Part shown: positions 28,550-37,461 of the stretch, piece by piece
How positions within the stretch are numbered: the stretch's first letter is position 1
Layout of the letters: each line of letters begins with the position of its first letter
Assembly (NCBI GenBank): GCA_013416795.1
Contig: RQSC01000314.1
Coordinates: 79,251-118,303 of the forward strand
Direction: 5' to 3'
Origin: Prasinococcaceae sp. CCMP 1430
Taxonomy: Eukaryota > Plantae > Prasinodermophyta
DNA length: 39,053 bases
Notes under the pieces: model-generated
Told to the model about the DNA's origin: nothing
The model's database searches: none
The model's input: only the letters and a program-made list of their open reading frames with translations
Position numbers and translations under genes: made by a program

Positions 28550-28899
28550 CGGCTCACCGTCGCCCTGGGCCCCAACCCCACTCGACGCCACCCTCACTGC
28601 CAGCCGTGCCACAGGAGGAGCCGGCAAGCAGGCCGCCGCGCGCAGCGCCCGCTCGCTCGTGGCGGCGGCCGCCGCCGCGCCCGGCGAGAACAGCGCGCTC
28701 GCCGCGCTCGCCGCGCTCGGAGCAGGCCCCCCGGCGGCCCGCGGCCCCACGCCCCTCCCCTCCCCAGACCACAGCACCCGCTCCAGCGGCGGCAGGAACG
28801 GAAGCGGACACCGACCACCCGACACGCCGGCACACAACAGCAGCACACAACAGCACACAACAGCAGGAGAACAGCCCCAACAAGAGAACCAACCACACC

Positions 28900-29502
28900 A
28901 TGCCGCCGCCTCACCCTCCTCCTCGCCCCGATCTAGACGACGACGACTCCCTCCTCCTCCCCCCCATAGAGGACCCCAGCGAGGTCTTCGAGCTGCTGGA
29001 GGTCATAGGCAAGGGCTCGTACGGCAAGGTGTACAAGGCGCGCTACCTGCGCCCGGCCGCTGCCCCCGCCGCGGACGCCCCGGACGACGCCCCCACCACA
29101 CCGCGCGCGACGACGGCCGACGCAACGGCCACCGCCGCCGCGGGAGACGCCTCCTCCTCCGCCGCCGCCGCCCCCACCATCCCCCCCAAACAACACCAAC
29201 AACGACGACCCGACCTCGCGCGCACAAACACAAACACAAACACAAACACAGCACGACCACCACCACCACCAACAACAACAACGTCTGCACCCCAAAAAAA
29301 CACACTCACCAACGCCATCGTCGCCGTCAAGGCCATCCCCGTGGAGGAGGGCGGCGTCGCCGGCGGGCCGCAGCCCTGCTGCCACAATGACACCACCACC
29401 CCCACCACACACCCACACCCACCGCTCTCACGTCACGCGGCAGGTTCGCCCCCCCCTCGACAACTCTCCCTCCCCACACCACCCCCCGCCGCGCGTTTTT
29501 AG
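28900..29502 (+). pseudogene. Truncated STE20/MAP4K (SIK1-like) kinase fragment: subdomains I-II only
   Basis: EDPSEVFELLEVIGKGSYGKVYKARYL, then about 90 low-complexity residues, then IVAVKAIPVEEG, then stop 29500-29502. No HRD, DFG or APE motifs were found in any downstream plus-strand frame in the window. Confidence 0.65.
29223..29250. repeat. (CACAAA)4 microsatellite
   Basis: Direct reading; encodes TNTNTNT inside the kinase-fragment insert. Confidence 0.9.
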
Positions 29503-29530
29503 GGTTAGATACGCCTGACGACTAGGGTTA
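29496..29530 (+). promoter_or_regulatory. Two telomere-like/telo-box motifs (TTTTTAGGGTTAG, TAGGGTTA) at the edge of an AT-rich promoter island
   Basis: Direct reading at 29496-29508 and 29523-29530. The island extends to about 29720, upstream of MZT1. Confidence 0.6.
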
Positions 29531-29988
29531 ATAAACACACCGAAACCTGCCATCAAAACGCCTGAAATCGACCCCGCGCGGCGCGGTGTGATTCAAAAAC
29601 GCCCGTGGGTACATTACACCTCATGTTTGAGGTTGCGTCGATGTGTGCGCGATTGAATGCGTTTTGACACGGAGTGCATTTTCGGCGCATCGGGCGCCGA
29701 AGTTTGAAAGCGGGCGAATTCGCGTCGGCTGCGCGCGCTCGCAGGGGGTGGAGGAGGGCGAGGGAGAGCGGGAGGTGGCGGCGCCACACACCGCGCGGCG
29801 AGGCGCCCGGAGTTCCCGGGGGAGCACCCATCACCTCTCCCGTCGCGCGCGCCGGCACCGCGCCCTCGCGCCGCCCCGTCCGAGCGCAGATTCCGCCCCG
29901 CGCCGCCGCGCCACGCCCAGCCCCCGCGGCTCGGCGTTTCTCTCCTTGTTGGTGGCACGCTGGTGGGCGGGAGTAGGGGTGGGGCGCC

Positions 29989-30663
29989 ATGGACAGCGTC
30001 GCGTACAGGCAGGCGCGCGAGACGCTCGACAGTGCGTGCGCTTAGGGCGCGAGCTCGCTGCATGAGCGCGCCTTGCGCGCAGCTGGGCGCAAGAAAGAAA
30101 TGGCGCGCGCTGCGTCCCCTCCCCCCCCCCCTCTCGACGTTTGCACCTCCTGCACCGACCGCGCCTCCCGCCCGAGGGCAAAGCGCGCGCCCTGGCGCGC
30201 GTGCTGTCGCGCTCGAATCGGCGCAATATGCTCGCTGGAGTGCCTCGCAAACATGGCGCTCCAAGCTGACATGCCTCGCTCTCAACCTGCGCCGCCGGGC
30301 TCGTGCTCTCGTCTCCCCACGCTCGCCACCCCGCTCGCACATGCGCTCCGCTCAGTCGCGTTCGAGATCAGCAAGATTCTCAACACGGGCCTCGACCGCG
30401 AGACTGTGTCCATCATCATCGGTCTCTGCGAGGTACGGCGCGTGCGTGCCTGGCGCTCAGCGCACCTGCACGCCTCGCGTCGGAGTGACCAGCCTGATCG
30501 CTGACGCGCTGCGGCCTCGTCACGCGCACATGCGCACTTGCCTGCTGTGGGATGCCGCTGGTACCAGAACGGCGTCAACCCCGAGGCGCTCGCCGCGGTT
30601 GTCAAGGAGCTGCGCCGCGAGGGCGACGAGCTGAAGGCAGCGCAGGCCCTCGCGCAAAAGTAG
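29989..30663 (+). CDS. MZT1: Mitotic-spindle organizing protein 1 (MZT1/GIP1), 71 aa; join(29989..30031,30356..30432,30568..30663)
   Basis: Spliced product [58 protein letters not shown]... Introns are GTGCGT..CAG (phase 1) and GTACGG..CAG (phase 0). Not present as a single ORF in the track. Confidence 0.95.
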
Positions 30664-30872
30664 GCGACACCACGGCGTGTGCGCCCCGCCGAGGTGTTGT
30701 GCGCATGCATGGCGGACACAAAGGAACGCCAAGATACGCGCGCGTTCTCGAGCGCGCCTGCTGCGATGACGCGTCTGGGACTCTCTCTAGCTAGTCACAG
30801 CGAGCAAGAGGGGGTAGGACGAACGCGAGCGCGCGCCGCAGCGAGAGCGGCGAGCGACGGTCCCGTGTAGAA

Positions 30873-30877
30873 TGTAA
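30873..30877 (+). terminator. TGTAA poly(A) signal candidate for MZT1
   Basis: TGTAA about 210 nt after the MZT1 stop, in the convergent MZT1/COX7a interval. Confidence 0.45.
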
Positions 30878-31084
30878 ACTGTACATGAATGTGGCACTCC
30901 GTGCACGCCGTCCAGCTGCGGTGCCAGCGGTTTGAGTGCCAAGGGCCTGCCCGCGGGGCGACTCGCTACGCACGGCCAACTGCTTTGCGCACGCAGAGCT
31001 GCGGCCGGCATGCGCGCAGCGCGCCCTGGCAGTGAGCAGCCCGTTCGTACGCGTATCACTGTCAAAAAATTACCGCCGGCGCTC

Positions 31085-31770
31085 TCACAGCTTCTTCTGG
31101 CCGTTGATGAGGCGGTACAGGCCGCTGCCGAGCAAGTACGTGCCGGCACCGCCGAGGGCGAGGGGGATCAGCACCGAGGTCACGCGGTCCGACGCGCGAC
31201 GGAAGGGCACTGGAATGTTCTTTCTGGCCTGGAAGAACTTCTGCCAGTAGACGGTCTGCAGGCGCGCGGCGTGGCGCGTGGTGGCGTCGGTTCGAAGAGT
31301 GGGACGACAATAATCGCGTCAGCCAACACGAGCAGCGCGCAGGACCTAGTAGCACAAAGGAGCACGCCGCGCGCGGTGGCGACTCAGAGCGCACGTGGGC
31401 GGCAGCGAGAGCAGCTGGGGACACGCGACACAGCCGGCGACAACCCCTGCGCGGCGCCAGCGCACGCAGCGGCCATCGCGGTCGCTCGCACACACGGCGC
31501 AGGCCAGGCGTGACGGCCGACGGCGAATGGGCGCAGCCGGCGGACGGACAACATGCGTTGCACCGCGTGGGCGAAGAGGTGTGCCGCGAGCCCCCTTTGC
31601 CGGCAGAGCATGCCGCCGGCGAGCGACGGGCCGATTCACACAAAAGTTCTGTGCTGGTGCGGCACGAAATCGCCATGTCCCACACAACGTCCACGCAACG
31701 CTCTCCCCGCGCACGGCGCGGCGCCAAGACGCCTGAAGCGGCCGCGGCAGCCAGCGACGCCACCCGGCAT
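31085..31770 (-). CDS. COX7A: Plant-type cytochrome c oxidase subunit VIIa-like protein; complement(join(31085..31255,31642..31770)), exon 1 tentative
   Basis: Last exon TVYWQKFFQARKNIPVPFRRASDRVTSVLIPLALGGAGTYLLGSGLYRLINGQKKL* matches the recalled plant COX7a pattern (FQ...D.VTSV.IP.AL...G.G.Y...G.KK). Acceptor CTGCAG ends at 31256. Tentative exon 1 is Arg-rich and presequence-like, ending ...DFVPHQHRTF|GTGTGA. Confidence 0.72.
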
Positions 31771-31867
31771 CACAAGTACCAGCCGTCTGCCGGCTGGCCC
31801 GCGTTGGGGCGCGCGGCACGGCCGTCCCCGCCGCAGCGTGGACGGCCGCAGCGCGCGCACAACACCC

Positions 31868-31875
31868 AACCCTAA
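31868..31875 (+). promoter_or_regulatory. Telo-box-like AACCCTAA upstream of COX7a
   Basis: Direct reading, about 100 nt upstream of the tentative COX7a ATG. Confidence 0.45.
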
Positions 31876-32099
31876 AAGGCGCCCCCCGCGCGCCCTCGCC
31901 CTCGCGCTCGCCAGCAGCCGCGAGCGGCAGCCGCGCGCCGCCGAGCGCTGCGCACCTCCTCCACGCGCCTCCCGAGGAGGTCGCCTGGGCCAGCCATCGT
32001 CACGGGCTGGGGTGGAGCCTGGGCGGGGGGGGCGCACAGGGCGCGCGCGCGCACAGTGGCATCCCCTCCGTGCGCCCCCGACTGCACCGCAAGGTCCGC

Positions 32100-32340
32100 A
32101 CCCGCACCGCGGCGGTTTTCCGCCCCCGCGCATCAAAATCCCCCCCCTTCCGAGATTCAAACCTCGTCGTGACTTCACTTTACGGATTTGTCCTCGCGAA
32201 AGTACTGCCCTCGGCGCCGCGCCCTTCGCGCGGTTCGGAGCAACGCTCGGAACAGAAACGTAACCAAAAAAAAAACTCCAGATTGAATTCCCTTTTTTTT
32301 TTTAGCCGGAATGGTCATTTCGGGGATGACGAAATTTTCA
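32100..32340. promoter_or_regulatory. AT-rich island (A10 and T11 tracts); probable COX7a promoter / CYP40-like 3' region
   Basis: A-tract at about 32266-32275 and T-tract at about 32293-32303. Shares several 7-9-mers with the TRRAP promoter island. Confidence 0.55.
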
Positions 32341-32509
32341 AACAGGAGCAATGCGGATCCACCCCGAAGATCCGGAGCTTTCTTCTAGAAAGGATGGCGA
32401 CAGCTCAGCTCTCGCCGCATCAACCGGCGCTTGTCACTCCCCTGGCCCCCCGCACGTGCCAAAAGTGCGTGTGGGGAACGAGCGACGAAAGGGAGCAGTC
32501 GGCGCTCCG

Positions 32510-34351
32510 TCAGTCGTCGTCCGAGTCGGGCTCGTACGCCGCTCGCAGCTCGGCCGCCTCGGCGGCGGCGGCCGACGCTCCCCCGCGCCCGGCGGCTGGG
32601 GGCGCCTCTTCCTCGCCGGCGGTGTCGAACGCGCCGGATTTCTGCCGCGTCGCCTCGTCTGCCTCGCTGAGTCCGTTGTCGGCTCCGCCGAAGGCGCGCG
32701 CCATGGCCCTGCGCTGCCTGCGTCGCCTCTCTTCCAGGCGCCACTTGGCCTTGTCCAGCTCGCGCGTGATGCCGGCGTCATTTGGGCACAGCGAGAGCGC
32801 CTTGGCAAAGTGTTTGCACGCCTCCTCGAACTCGTTGAGGTGCGCGTGAGCCTGGCCCATGCGGAAGCACGCCTTCGGATTGAAGCGCTCGGCCGCTTGA
32901 GGGTCGTGCTGGTGCTCGGGCCTGCGATTCTCCTCATCGTGCGCCGCCAGGCAGTCTTCGATCGCACCGCGCGGGTCGCCTAGCCGCAGGCGCGCCGCCG
33001 CGCAGTTGAGCAGCAGCGGGATCCGCGCCTGGCGCCGCATCTCGCGCTCGGAGCGCTCGGTGGCATGGTCGTCGACATCTCGATTCCACGCCTTGTCCAG
33101 GTAGCGCAGGGCCTTCACATACTTGGCAACCGCTCCAGCGAATTCGCCGGCCTTGAACATCTCGTTTCCGAAGGCGCGCACCTGCGCAGCAGCGGACAAG
33201 CGGCTCTCGTACCGGTCTGAGCCCATGGCGGTGGCGTCGGCCGGCCACGGCGGAAAGGGGTCGCCGTCGCCGCCCGTGGCAAGGCCATCGTCGCCGTCGT
33301 ACTCGACCTCGCCGCATGCGACCACCTCGATGCGCTCGACCGGACGCCCGACGTCGGCGCCGCTCGAGCGCGTGTCCACGCGCTCGAGCTCTCGCAGCGT
33401 GCCGTAGCCGCGCAGCAGCCGCCCGAAGACGCACTGGCGCGCGTCCAGCTGAGGGCACGACTTGAGCGTCACGCCAAAGGCGGAACCGCACATGCCCGCC
33501 TCGTCCACCATCATCGTGAGCAATCCGCTGGTGTCATGCGGCAGCGTAAAGTTCTCGGGCTCGAAGGGGCCGCCGTAGATTGAGTCCACAGCCGCAGGCG
33601 TGGGCGCCCCCGCATTGCTGCCGCGGTGCTCGAGCGCGTTTGGCACGGCGAGGTGGCCGATCTCAACGACAGCGGTGCGAACGTGGGGCTCGTCTTCCCC
33701 GAGCTCGCGCCGACGCTGAGTGCGCTTATTTTCGAGCACCGCAGGGTCCGGCAGCTCGTTGTGATTGATGACGGGCTCGAGCGTGTCGCCAGGTCCCATT
33801 CGTGGATCCCGAGGCGGCAGCGGTGCCAGGTGGGCATCGCGGCCTTCGACCGCGCGTTCCCAGTCGCGCTTCCGCGACGGCCGCACGCGCCACACCTCGG
33901 AGCGCTCGTAGGAAAGCGGCAGGCCGCTGGCCAGACCTTTGCCGCGCTCGCCGGTGCATAGGCAGCGAACATTTTCGGCTGTCTTGGGCGCGAGGTCCGC
34001 GAAGAGCTCGAACACCAGCCGCGTGCGCAGCGCGTCGGCGACCGCGCCGCCGCCAACACGCAGCTCGAGCCACACGCGCGGGTTGCCCGCACGCGCGCGC
34101 GGCACATCGCCGCTTTGGCTCAGCGCGTCAAGCAGGCCGAACGCTTCCGCGCGGCGCGATCCCGCTCGACATGCAACCGCCAAGGCCCGCCGGCGCGCGC
34201 TCCACCAGCGCGCGGACGAGGCGCCCCACCCCCCCACGCACACACACCGCGCGCCGCACCGGGGTCGCCGCTGTGCCACCTCGGCCGCCTCCGCCGCCCC
34301 GCGCGCGCGCTGTTCTCCCTGCCGGGGGAACGCGCGCCGGGTGGAGCGCAT
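32510..34351 (-). CDS. CYP40/PPID-like cyclophilin-TPR protein with a degenerate PPIase domain; possible in-frame intron 34259-34113
   Basis: NPRVWLEL..GG....RLVFELFADLAPKTAENVRCLCTGERG, SIYGGPFEPENF and VFGRLLRG, followed by three TPRs (GNEMFKAGEF..A..KY.KALRYL; LLLNCAAARL; KACFRMGQA). Confidence 0.88.
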   Translation of the reverse strand: MRSTRRAFPRQGEQRARGAAEAAEVAQRRPRCGARCVCVGGWGASSARWWSARRRALAVACRAGSRRAEAFGLLDALSQSGDVPRARAGNPRVWLELRVGGGAVADALRTRLVFELFADLAPKTAENVRCLCTGERGKGLASGLPLSYERSEVWRVRPSRKRDWERAVEGRDAHLAPLPPRDPRMGPGDTLEPVINHNELPDPAVLENKRTQRRRELGEDEPHVRTAVVEIGHLAVPNALEHRGSNAGAPTPAAVDSIYGGPFEPENFTLPHDTSGLLTMMVDEAGMCGSAFGVTLKSCPQLDARQCVFGRLLRGYGTLRELERVDTRSSGADVGRPVERIEVVACGEVEYDGDDGLATGGDGDPFPPWPADATAMGSDRYESRLSAAAQVRAFGNEMFKAGEFAGAVAKYVKALRYLDKAWNRDVDDHATERSEREMRRQARIPLLLNCAAARLRLGDPRGAIEDCLAAHDEENRRPEHQHDPQAAERFNPKACFRMGQAHAHLNEFEEACKHFAKALSLCPNDAGITRELDKAKWRLEERRRRQRRAMARAFGGADNGLSEADEATRQKSGAFDTAGEEEAPPAAGRGGASAAAAEAAELRAAYEPDSDDD

Positions 34352-34675
34352 GCGATTTGATATACGTTTCGCGGTGCGCGCCTGGCTGCAACGTTACACG
34401 CAGCTGATCGAAGTCGTTCGAGTCTGAAGTCACTTGGAACTTGTGGGTACGTGTAAACGACCCACGGGCGAGCTGCGCGTGCGCTGCGCTCGCGCCCCCC
34501 GCGCAGCGATGGAGGTGTGAATGCGCGCGCGCCTACATGGCTGCACCAACACCTCTAGTACACCAGGTATGACACGCGCGTGCATCGGCGTCGTCGCCGC
34601 CCTGAGCATGAATATCATTCTTATGTACAGGATGACTTGGCCGCTGTGCGCACAGCACACGTGTGCGCAAATGTG

Positions 34676-34734
34676 GTCAGGGCCGCGCCCCGCGTGAGCG
34701 ACCATGGCTCGTGCGTTGCGGGCGCGCCCGTCAT
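34676..34734 (-). ncRNA. SECIS element (form 2) in the SelO 3' UTR
   Basis: Minus strand reads ATGAC GGGCGCGCCCGC AA CGCAC GAGC CATGGTC GCTC ACGCG GGGCGCGGCCC TGAC. It has a UGAN/NGAN quartet, a 10-12-bp helix II, an unpaired AA and an apical GAGC/GCTC mini-helix. A candidate helix I is GGCCGCT (34744-34738) / AGCGGCC (34645-34639). Confidence 0.82.
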
Positions 34735-34828
34735 GCTAGCGGCCGGTGTGTGTTCCGTGCATGCCCTTCGTTGGCATGCGTGTGCAATATGTGTGAGAGG
34801 ACGCCTCTAGGGGAGGTCATCCTCTCAT

Positions 34829-36750
34829 CTAGCTCGATCAGGACACGGCAATGGTTGCCGCCCACGCCGGCGGCAGAGCGTCAAGAGACAACGGCCGGCC
34901 GCACGCACCGCCGGCGCACGCCCCGGCCGCAGGAGCCGCGCCATCGCCGCTGGCGTCGGTGGGCTCGTCGAAAGGGCGCTGTAGCTTCTCCAGCAGCCGG
35001 CGTACCGCATCGTACTCACCCTTTTCGGCCTGAGCGATGCACTCCTCCATCACGTACTGCCTGGGCACGAGCCGCGGGTTGGATCGCAGCATGAGCTCGC
35101 GCCGCGCGCGCGCGAAGCTCTCGGCGCCGGCAGAGCAGTTCTCTCCGTCCGCCGCAGCTGCGTTCGCGTCATCCCGCAGCCTCGAACGGTACTTCGTCAG
35201 CCACGAAGTCCACGTCACAGTGTCTGCTGCGCGCTTCTGCTCGTCAGTCACGCGCTTGAGCGCGGCATACTCCTCGTGTTTTCGCAGTTCACCGACCAGA
35301 AAGCCCGGCTTCACGCCGAGGCGCGCCTGCAAGATGCCGGGGTTCTGCTGCTCGACCGCAAGCAGGTAGTGCAACTTGTCCTCGGGAATGCCCGGCTTGG
35401 AGGCCTCGGCAATGGTGGCCGCACTGCAGGTGTTGGCCAGCATGAGCTCAACATCTGCTCTGCTGGGCTCGGTTGATGCGCCCGCCGCTGGCGCGTCAAT
35501 CTGCGCGAGCGCCCGCCAGCTGTTCGTCCAGTCGGCGCCCGTCATGGTCATAGCGTCGAGCAGCGCCTCGACGAGACCGCGATCAGCCGCATCAGCCTGG
35601 GCGTCGCCGCGCGCGCGCAGCAGCCCCATCTTGCGGCGCATGAGGCGCAGATACTCGCCATCGTAAGCCGCTCTGAATGCGAGCCCGGCCGCCTCGACGC
35701 CGCGCTTGCCGCCCAGCTCGCCCATCGCCGGGGCCCACGCCTCCGCAAGCTTGCGCACGTTGAACTCGCACACGACTGGCTGGCTCCGATAGTCGTACCG
35801 CCCGGAGCTGTCCGAGCTGTTGCACACGTAGGTCGGGTCGAAGCGGTCAACGAAGCCGAAAGGGCCGTAGTCGATGGTGACCCCAACGATGCTCATGTTG
35901 TCCGTATTGAGGACGCCGTGGCAAAAGCCCACGCACTGCCATGCCGCGACCAGTCGCCCCGTGCGCCGCGCGACCTCCTCGAGCATCGCGGCGTAGCACG
36001 CCGGAGAGCCCCGCCCGTCGTGCACGCGCCATACGTCCGGAAAAAAGTTCTCAGCCGTGTAGTCAAGCATGCGCGGCAGCAGCTCGCCCTCAAGGCCGAC
36101 CGAGGGGCCCTCCATGCCCGTGATACTGTCGCGCGACTTGAACGTCTCGAACGAGCCGAAGCGCAGAAACGTGGGGGCGACACGCGTGATGACACTCGCG
36201 CGCTCGCTCGTGATGTTTCCGTCGTAGCGTCTGTCGCGCTCCACGCGCGTGTCGGATGTGACCAAGCTCGCCGCGCGCGTCGTCGGCACGCCGAGCGCCG
36301 CCATCGCCTCCGAGCAAAGGAATTCGCGGATGGAGGAGCGCAGCACCTTGCGCCCGTCGCCTCGCCGCGAATACAGCGTCGGGCCCGCGCCCTTGAACTG
36401 CACCTCCCAGCGGTGCAGCCCGCCGTCGCCTGCCGCCGCGCTCGAGCTCACGCCCTCACCGCAGCCCCCCCCGACCGCCGAGAGGGTCTCACCGAGGTAC
36501 ATGGTCGCGCCGTCGCCGAGCTGCCCGCTGAAGTGGCCAAATTGGTGGCCGCAGTAGCAGTGCGCCATGGGCGCCGCGCCGGGTATCGGCGCGCAGCCGC
36601 CGAGCAGCCGCGCCGTGGCGTCGCCGTCGCGCCACATGGCGTCCACGTCGGCGTCCCCGAGGCCGAGCATGCCCAGCGGCTCCCGCGCGAGCGCCACCAC
36701 CCGCGGGGCCTCGAGCGGCGTGGGCGCTGCCTCCGAGAAGCACGCGCCCC
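34829..36750 (-). CDS. SELENOO: Selenoprotein O (YdiU/Fmp40 AMPylase pseudokinase) with UGA-encoded Sec; 5' end lost in the gap
   Basis: Motifs AHCYCGHQFG.FSGQLGDG, QFKGAGPT.YSR.GDGR.VLRSSIREFLCSEAM, GFCHGVLNTDNMSI.G.TIDYGPFGF and NPR.VPRQY. C-terminus V-S-TGA(34840-38)-S-S-TAG(34831-29) matches the family V(T/S)(U/C)SS*. Confidence 0.95.
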
Positions 36751-37461
36751 NNNNNNNNNNNNNNNNNNNNNNNNNNNNNNNNNNNNNNNNNNNNNNNNNN
36801 NNNNNNNNNNNNNNNNNNNNNNNNNNNNNNNNNNNNNNNNNNNNNNNNNNNNNNNNNNNNNNNNNNNNNNNNNNNNNNNNNNNNNNNNNNNNNNNNNNNN
36901 NNNNNNNNNNNNNNNNNNNNNNNNNNNNNNNNNNNNNNNNNNNNNNNNNNNNNNNNNNNNNNNNNNNNNNNNNNNNNNNNNNNNNNNNNNNNNNNNNNNN
37001 NNNNNNNNNNNNNNNNNNNNNNNNNNNNNNNNNNNNNNNNNNNNNNNNNNNNNNNNNNNNNNNNNNNNNNNNNNNNNNNNNNNNNNNNNNNNNNNNNNNN
37101 NNNNNNNNNNNNNNNNNNNNNNNNNNNNNNNNNNNNNNNNNNNNNNNNNNNNNNNNNNNNNNNNNNNNNNNNNNNNNNNNNNNNNNNNNNNNNNNNNNNN
37201 NNNNNNNNNNNNNNNNNNNNNNNNNNNNNNNNNNNNNNNNNNNNNNNNNNNNNNNNNNNNNNNNNNNNNNNNNNNNNNNNNNNNNNNNNNNNNNNNNNNN
37301 NNNNNNNNNNNNNNNNNNNNNNNNNNNNNNNNNNNNNNNNNNNNNNNNNNNNNNNNNNNNNNNNNNNNNNNNNNNNNNNNNNNNNNNNNNNNNNNNNNNN
37401 NNNNNNNNNNNNNNNNNNNNNNNNNNNNNNNNNNNNNNNNNNNNNNNNNNNNNNNNNNNNN
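36751..37461. other. Assembly gap (711 N)
   Basis: Run of N. It hides the 5' ends and the shared promoter of SelO and the desaturase. Confidence 0.99.

Noticed and set aside
30032-31641. Intron-encoded snoRNAs in the longer MZT1 and COX7a introns
   Set aside because: No box C (RTGATGA) paired with a box D was found, and no H/ACA architecture was evident by eye.
32266-32303. A10...T11 inverted pair as a terminator or MITE
   Set aside because: Homopolymer-only complementarity; better explained as poly(dA:dT) nucleosome-excluding tracts.
33700-33885. Cyclophilin insert as an in-frame intron (GTGCGG...CAG)
   Set aside because: No CTGAC-type branch point and coding-like codon usage. Treated as coding, but RNA-seq should confirm.
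34570-34640. Second SECIS-like ATGA further down the SelO 3' UTR
   Set aside because: No helix II or partner NGAN could be paired.
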